A model generated the notes under the pieces. It made no database searches. It was not told the DNA's origin and saw nothing but the letters and a program-made list of their open reading frames with translations. Below are positions 62,314 to 64,000 of a DNA stretch of 64,000 nucleotides, one piece after another; positions within the stretch are counted from its first letter, which is position 1; every line of letters begins with the position of its first letter. This DNA is from Myxococcales bacterium (GTDB lineage: Bacteria; Myxococcota_A; Polyangia; Polyangiales; DASUME01): assembly GCA_047601445.1 (NCBI GenBank), contig JASGJH010000001.1, positions 9,120,001 to 9,184,000 on the forward strand. The letters are read 5' to 3'. The translations under genes were made by a program, and so were the position numbers.

Positions 62314-64000
62314 CTACTGCTCTTGGAGCGAGAAGATCACCAGGGCCGCGTTGTCGTTGGCTGCCGTACTGCCCGCGCTGGCACCGGCGGCCACCACGTA
62401 CTTGCCGTCGGCAGATTCTGCGAGACCGAGGAAGTTGTCGTTCGTCTGGTTGAAGTCGTAGGCCTTGTGACCGACGGTGTTGAACGTCGTGTCGGCGACG
62501 CCGTCCTTCGTGAGCATGCCGATCACGGCGCTCTTCTTCTTATCGGCGGCCACACCCACCGCGCCCTGACCCACATACACGACGCGGTCGTCGTGCAGCA
62601 CGATCACGTTGCGGCCGTTCTCGGCGCCGGTGGCCGCATTCTCGGCGTTGGAGAGCTTGTCGAGCTGGAAGTAGCCCTGGCCGTTGCTCCAATCGGAGTC
62701 GGGTTCGCCGGTGCCGGAGATGCGGAGCGAGAAGATGGAGTCGGCCGGATCACCGTCGGAGTGCTCACCGTAGCCGATCGTCACGAAGGAACCGTTCGAC
62801 TGACGGGCGGCGCCGTACGCCTCGCAGGCACCGGTCGTGCTCGGATCATTGGTCTGGAAGGGGTTGAACACGAGCAAGCCGCCGATGGCGAAACCCGGCA
62901 CGAAGTGTCCCTGCGCGTCCAGGCGCGCGATGATCATGTTGGCCTTGCCGTCGATCTGCTGGTAGCCGGCCGAAACGATCTCGTCGTTGGGCAGGATGTC
63001 ATTGCGGCGCGCGTTCTCGGAGCGGTCGCCGGGGGCATTGATGGCCACGGTGCCGCTGGTCCCGAAGTCAGCGTCCAGGGCGCCGTCGCGTTCGAGGCGC
63101 GTGATGTAGCGGTCGAAGTCCTTGCGCTCGCCGATGGCCTTGGAGCGCGTGGAGAGCACCAGGCGATTCTGGCTGTCCACGTCGATGTCATAGGCGTCGT
63201 CGTTGAGGGGATTGCCCAGCGAGTACACCGGAGGTTGGTCGGTGGTAGCGCTGATCACGGGGACCATGGGCCCTGCGATCCAGAGGATGCCGTCTTCGTC
63301 GCCGGGCGAGAACATGTGGTCGCCGGAGTCGTCGTGGTCACCATTGGCGGTGAAGCGCGCGACGTAGATGTCGATGTTGCCGAACTGCTTGCTGAAGATC
63401 CGCGCCGCCGCCAGGGTTCGCGACCGTGAGGGTCTCCTTGGCGGTCTCGGCCGTGCCGAGGATCACGACCTTGCCATCCGACTGCACGGCGAGCGCCTTG
63501 GCGGACTCCACGGACTCCGCGGCCGCCGCGCTGGCGGGCACGGTGTTCCAGGTGGCGATGCCGCTGCGTGCGCCGCCGCCGTTCTCGATCAGATCACCGA
63601 ACGACGTATCGAGCTCGCCGTTGAGCTTGAAGCGAGCCACGGCCGAGAAGCGGTCGAGCACCTTCTTCTCTTCTTCGCTCGCCTGGCCCGGGTTGAGCAC
63701 GAAGGTGCGCTCGACGGTGATGTAACCGGAGGCGTAGATGAGTCCGTTGGGGCCAAAGGTGGCCGACAGGAAGCGGTCCGCTTGCGGAAGGTCGAGTGCG
63801 TCGGCCGTGGAGAACCTCTCCACGAGGGGCAGCGTGGGCTCGACATCGCCGTCCCCGCCAGCATCCCCGTCGCCGTCCCCATCCCCATCGCCCGTGGGCG
63901 TGTGGGCGTCGATGCCCGCGTCGCTCGGGGCGGGCGCATCGCCATCACCATTCGCGTCGCCGTCCCCATTGCCCGGCAGCTGTCCAGAGTCGCCCTGGCC
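62314..64000 (-). CDS. Delta-60-repeat (beta-propeller-like) surface protein, 5' end beyond the window, apparent +1 frameshift at ~63395
   Basis: Repeats ARFKLNGELDTSFG, ALAVQSDGKVVILG, RLERDGALDADFGTSG, LTKDGVADTTFN; GD-rich linker; frame open to 64000; the two ORF halves join on removing one base. Confidence 0.8.

Overview
High-GC bacterial chromosome segment whose gene content (Hanks-type Ser/Thr kinase, Cys-rich vWA/TSP3 lipoproteins, extra group-2-like sigma70, SWIM-SNF2) points to a myxobacterium; the taxonomy is inferred, not proven. It carries about 50 CDS: housekeeping and repair genes (rpsU, recQ-like, tal, trpEG, trpD, glpD, dusC-like, nth, 5'-3' nuclease), a complete urea uptake and urease locus (ureH-like, urtABCDE, ureDABCEFG), several large surface lipoproteins, and at the right end a minus-strand cluster of delta-60-repeat protein, imelysin-like lipoprotein, vitamin-K-dependent gamma-carboxylase (HTTM) homologue and FecA-like TonB receptor. 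I saw no tRNA, rRNA, CRISPR array or transposase. Best leads: (1) the TonB/gamma-carboxylase/imelysin/delta-60 module; (2) an unannotated, highly structured ~155-nt RNA candidate with C-rich loops behind a sigma54-type promoter at 30.43-30.61 kb; (3) a vasohibin-like Cys-His-Ser protease among adhesin-like lipoproteins; (4) three frameshifts that can each be repaired by removing one A to restore the same 7-mer TGAGATC; (5) a sigma factor with His at the Q437-equivalent position. All family calls are from motif recognition by eye, and several start codons are my choice among alternatives.
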